Source of the DNA: Raillietiella orientalis
Taxonomy: Eukaryota
NCBI GenBank assembly: GCA_036172245.1
Contig: JAYWIR010000013.1
Span: 1,302,001-1,366,000, forward strand
Direction of reading: 5' to 3'
DNA: 64,000 nucleotides
In this document: one piece after another, positions 59,889 through 64,000 of the stretch
How positions within the stretch are numbered: the stretch's first letter is position 1
How the letters are laid out: the number at the start of each line of letters is the position of its first letter
Position numbers and translations under genes: made by a program
The notes under the pieces: generated by a model
The model's input: only the letters and a program-made list of their open reading frames with translations
What the model was told of the DNA's origin: nothing
The model's database searches: none

Positions 59889-62800
59889 ACACATTTTCCA
59901 GTCTTCATATCTTAATTTAATATGCAAGTTTAATCTTTCAGGTATCAAGTATTTTGCCCTAGATGCTTAAGAAGTGTATGCTTCAGTTGCCTGTGAGCAC
60001 ACAAAGTAATGTTTCAGCATTCTGTTGTTACAAATAAATTATTCAATTTTAGTTAAAGTTTTTGCCTCAAAATTGACATTGCCAAAAAGGCTGGAAACAT
60101 TTCAGGTCAAAAATAAATAATCAGAGGAAAGCCAAAATATTTTTCCTGCAATATGTGTTCAGTTTTTCTAAATGTTGTTTGAAAGCCGTGAGACATTGAA
60201 AACTATTTTGTCCTTGAAAGAGATTTAAGTTACTTTAAACTGATGAACGTACAATAGCCAATACTAGATGTTTTCCCATAGATTAATGTTTCAGTATGTT
60301 TCATCCTATGCAGACATAGCTGAATAGGAGTTTGCATGTACCCATGACATGTATCTGCATGTTTTTGTGATCATTATAAAATTTCATGTCATGCAGACAC
60401 TTTTTTATACTCTATATCAATTGCATCATTATTTGTACAATGAAAAGCTGCATGGAAAAAATTCTGTAAAATAGTCATAAGGAAAAGGAAAAGATGAGCC
60501 CATTGACAGTTGATGCATGTTATATGAGTGTGAGATTGATTCTAATGGTGTATTTTAAATCCATTTTGTTTTCTTGCTTGGTTTGAATTTTTACCTAATT
60601 TTTTTGCTAGTTGGCTTTCACTTTTTATTTAATGCCTTGGGCACTCTTAGATATTACTTAGAGTATAATGTTTAGGTTTTAATTAGTGTGACTTGTTTTC
60701 AACTGGTTTATAAAATGACTTACTTAAAGCCAAACTTAAATTATTCTGGCCTCTATTGGGAAAGTGTCATAACAGAATTTTAAAACTAAACGTAATGAAA
60801 AGGGAAGACCAGTTACTTTTTACTTCGATTAGGAATGATTTTTAGCTGTGCTTGCTGAATGACAAACGTTTTAATAAAACACATTAATAGGTTTGTGAGG
60901 CTGTCAGTTGGATTCACTGTTTCTGATTTTAGTCGATATTTGTAATAAAAAAAAAGACCTGTGAATATGGTACAAACGGAAGCTCATTTATGAGCAAGGA
61001 TGTGCACTGCTCATCTGCCTAAATCACCCAGAGTGAGAATGAAGTACTGAGCTGTTTTTCTCGCATCCTGTAGGGAGGAGCTGTCTAATTTTACCAATCT
61101 TTCATTCTCGAAAATTCTTATTCATCTTCATTGCGAAAAATTTAACCACCTCGAAAATTGATGACCAATTTTTTTTCCAAAGCGCACACAAAAGCCAAAA
61201 AAAATCAGCATCCGCTTTAAAGGGTTGCTTGGAAAAAGAGGAAAATTCATTCAGGATCGGGACAGCTCACCTAATGTGTAAGCTTTTGACAGAAACTGTA
61301 AAGAACGCGGGTCGTTCCTCAATTGAGAGCGGCATTTACGTGGATACCGTTCCTCTCGGATGGCTTTGAATTTGATAGGAAAAACGATTCTCCCAATTTT
61401 GACAGCACTTTTCGGAATTATGAGACAATTTTATGTCTCATAATCATTCAATCAGAACTGTACTTCTGATCTTTAGTGTGGACGCTTTGTTCTGTTTTTT
61501 TTTTTAAAAGGAAGCTTCCCTTTGAAAACATTTTTGAGTATAGCTATTGATTTTCCTTGATGAACTGTTTGATCAGCTACTCGTTTCTGTCACATTTTAG
61601 TGAATTTCTGTTGACCTTGGAAATCTCTGGGTAAGCAACGGTCAAATTTACATGTGTAAGCCTGCTTGCTTAATGCTCTGGGAGTGAGATGCGAAACTTA
61701 TGAGGAACGTCCATTTCGTTTTCAATGTACGGAAGTTCTCATCGCAAAATCGCGAATGTCACATCTTTATGAACAGTTCAGAATAATTTGGGGAATAATT
61801 CTTCCCTACGACACAATTCTAAGGTTTCGGAAAAAGTGAGCATGGTTGACATTTTTTTTTAAAGAAAAAAATCAAGTCAACTGGTAATTCTTCACAATCA
61901 TGCGCGGTTCTTTTTTCATGGTTATCATGTGTTTTTATTATGTATACTTCGATTTAAAGAACTCTCCATAGGAAGATACGAGATTCTCTTTACAACTGTG
62001 CTTTCACCATAACTACATTAATTTTCATCTTGCGCTTCCAATGAAACCTCTGTTTGCATCTCTTGACTTCTCAGCCGAAGGACATCGCTTGTCCTAAAAT
62101 AGACTAAATATTTATTTAGCACTCCATATTAGAATTACCAGTGAGGGTTCCGCCATTTTTTGCAAGTTTCATGCTCATGGACCTATTTTTTCTGCTGAAT
62201 TACCGAGCTATTTCTATATTTGCTTTTTATCTGCACGGTGTTTGGACAGCTGCATGCTTGGAAAGTCTGATGTATTTTGGAAAGTGAATGCGGATGTGAA
62301 TGATTCAAATCCTTTCACATAGGAATTGTGTAAATAATTCATAGCTGGGATGATGACTTGGAATTTCAAAAGCGGATGCTTAGTAATGTTAATAAGTCAC
62401 TTGATTGTTCCTAATGATGAGCTAGGTTCAGGACTTATGTAAGCTTGATTGCTCCAGAAAGTTTTTTTTATCAAGAAAACTCTGGGTTCCTTAATAAGAA
62501 CCCAGGATTTTCTTATTATGAACTAAGTACCTTGTAATTTCGTTTAGTTTATCCATCTCCTCTGCGTGAGGCACGTCCGTTGGCTGACTATGAGTGTGGA
62601 ACTACCCGTGCTCATCGGTCAATGAGCATGATCTGGGCTTGCAGGCGACCATGTGAGACATTCATGATGCTCTCCATCTTACGGTCCGTTTGGGACAATA
62701 GGATCTCCGTCTCCCCTGACGCAAATAGATGAAAATTTTCCTTCTCAACTCTACTTCCTTTCTTCCCCGAGAACGAAACCATCCCATTGTCATCCTTACT

Positions 62801-63100
62801 GTGCTAGACGAACAACTGGTGTTGGTACTGGTCACCTCCAAGGAAGCTGAAGTCAGACTAGTCATGTCCTGTCGCATTTGTTATTGGAGAGAGTCCCATT
62901 CACTCATGCAAAGAGTGCACTATGTGGCATGCCTCGTGGAGGAAGCAATCTCTCCTCCTCTCTCGATCAACCAGATCAACCCTGGTTATATGGAGTTTCC
63001 AGCATCAATCTTACCTGAGGTTACAAAATTTCCACTTTTCCTGCGTTTTCAAAGCGCGTTTTTCCTCCATGATCAGGAGCTGCACAGCGGTCATAAACGA

Positions 63101-63134
63101 GCGCCACAGCCTAGGTGAACCTAGGCTGTGGCGC
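63101..63134. repeat. Perfect 16-bp inverted repeat, 2-nt spacer
   Basis: GCGCCACAGCCTAGGT-GA-ACCTAGGCTGTGGCGC. Confidence 0.95.
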
Positions 63135-64000
63135 CTAGGTGGTGGAGAGGAAAGCTCATCACTTCCACGCTGTTTCATACAGGACCTGTTGACATCCTAG
63201 CTCCTTTTCTCTTCAGGATGCAGCTCGCTCTTCTCAGACAATGACCAACTACTTACTCCCTTACGTCACGGAGCCTTGGCAATGTACATGCGAGCGCCCT
63301 CACAAAGTCGAAGAACCTAGAAAGATGGGTTTTCACCTGCCTGTGGTCTTCAGGTTTTCTGCTTGTTATGCAAGTCATATTTCAAACGACGGCAATGGAG
63401 GTTCCTCTCGAAAAGCAGCAGCAAAAGAGGAATAAAGCTTGTTTTGGGTGGAATAGACGACGGAACTCACCATTGGTAAAAGCAGTACAGACTTTTCCAA
63501 AAGGAATCAAAGGCAGGATAAAGGGAGAGGAGCAAGCTGCGATAGGGCAGGAAACCAGCTGCTGTGTTCATGCTGACCACAGCTCCGCTAAATGAATCTC
63601 AAAGCAGTGAGATGACTGAAGCAGCGTGCAGAAGTGCAATCCTCGGACCTGGTTTCTTGAAAATCTGAGTGCCCGATTTCGGTTTTCTCTGAGGAAGGAA
63701 ATGTGAGAGCACTCCTTCCGGGAGAACACAGGTCGCTCTCTCCCACTTTCCTTGGCAACCAGGAGAGAAGCTAGTTACGTATCCAGGAAAATTCTCTTGT
63801 TGACGGAGACAACTAAGAACTCCAAGATGTGGATAGAGAAACGAAAGGAGAGAAGGAAGGGATGCACACAGGACGTAACACATTCCTCCAACGTTTCAGA
63901 AGCAACAAGGAGTGTAATGACACAGTGTCCGAAGGAGAAAGGTGAGGCTGTAGCTGAGGCTGCTTCAGCACAGCAGCTGGCAGGTATGTCGAGAGAAGAG

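Noticed and set aside
1..64000. CRISPR arrays, rRNA genes or prokaryotic operons
   Set aside because: None seen; the window is eukaryotic nuclear DNA with spliceosomal introns.

Overview
AT-rich, intron-containing nuclear DNA from an invertebrate animal, most likely an arthropod: the AP-3 sigma C-terminus LPQQIKDIKLPDLP is arthropod-like and an embedded mitochondrial fragment reads in the invertebrate mitochondrial code. The species cannot be determined. I reconstructed five spliced genes by hand: LUC7L (-, 11239-14253), ZNF598 (-, 14649-18064), VPS35L (+, 24001 to ~41462), AP3S (-, 42416-44431) and TEX9 (+, 56889-59888). Many of their introns are only 40-54 nt. GC-rich repeat blocks flank the genes: nested L1/Tx1-clade fragments and a decayed Gypsy-like element (1-9700), a TSD-bounded 2.5-kb L1-derived element (44772-47274), and a mosaic of L1 fragments, an ND1 NUMT and a CRESS-DNA-virus Rep fragment (48850-54300). 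Best leads: (1) an L1/Tx1 family whose 5' end is a tRNA-derived Pol III-type head followed by an HDV-ribozyme-like fold, seen in two diverged copies; (2) a candidate poison exon plus a dense array of 5' splice-site motifs in LUC7L intron 4; (3) a circovirus-like Rep fragment fused to the NUMT, with TGA at two likely Trp positions; (4) a tight ZNF598-LUC7L tandem with unpaired splice acceptors just before the start codons, suggesting an operon, trans-splicing or a shared leader exon. All homology calls come from motif recognition by eye, not database searches.
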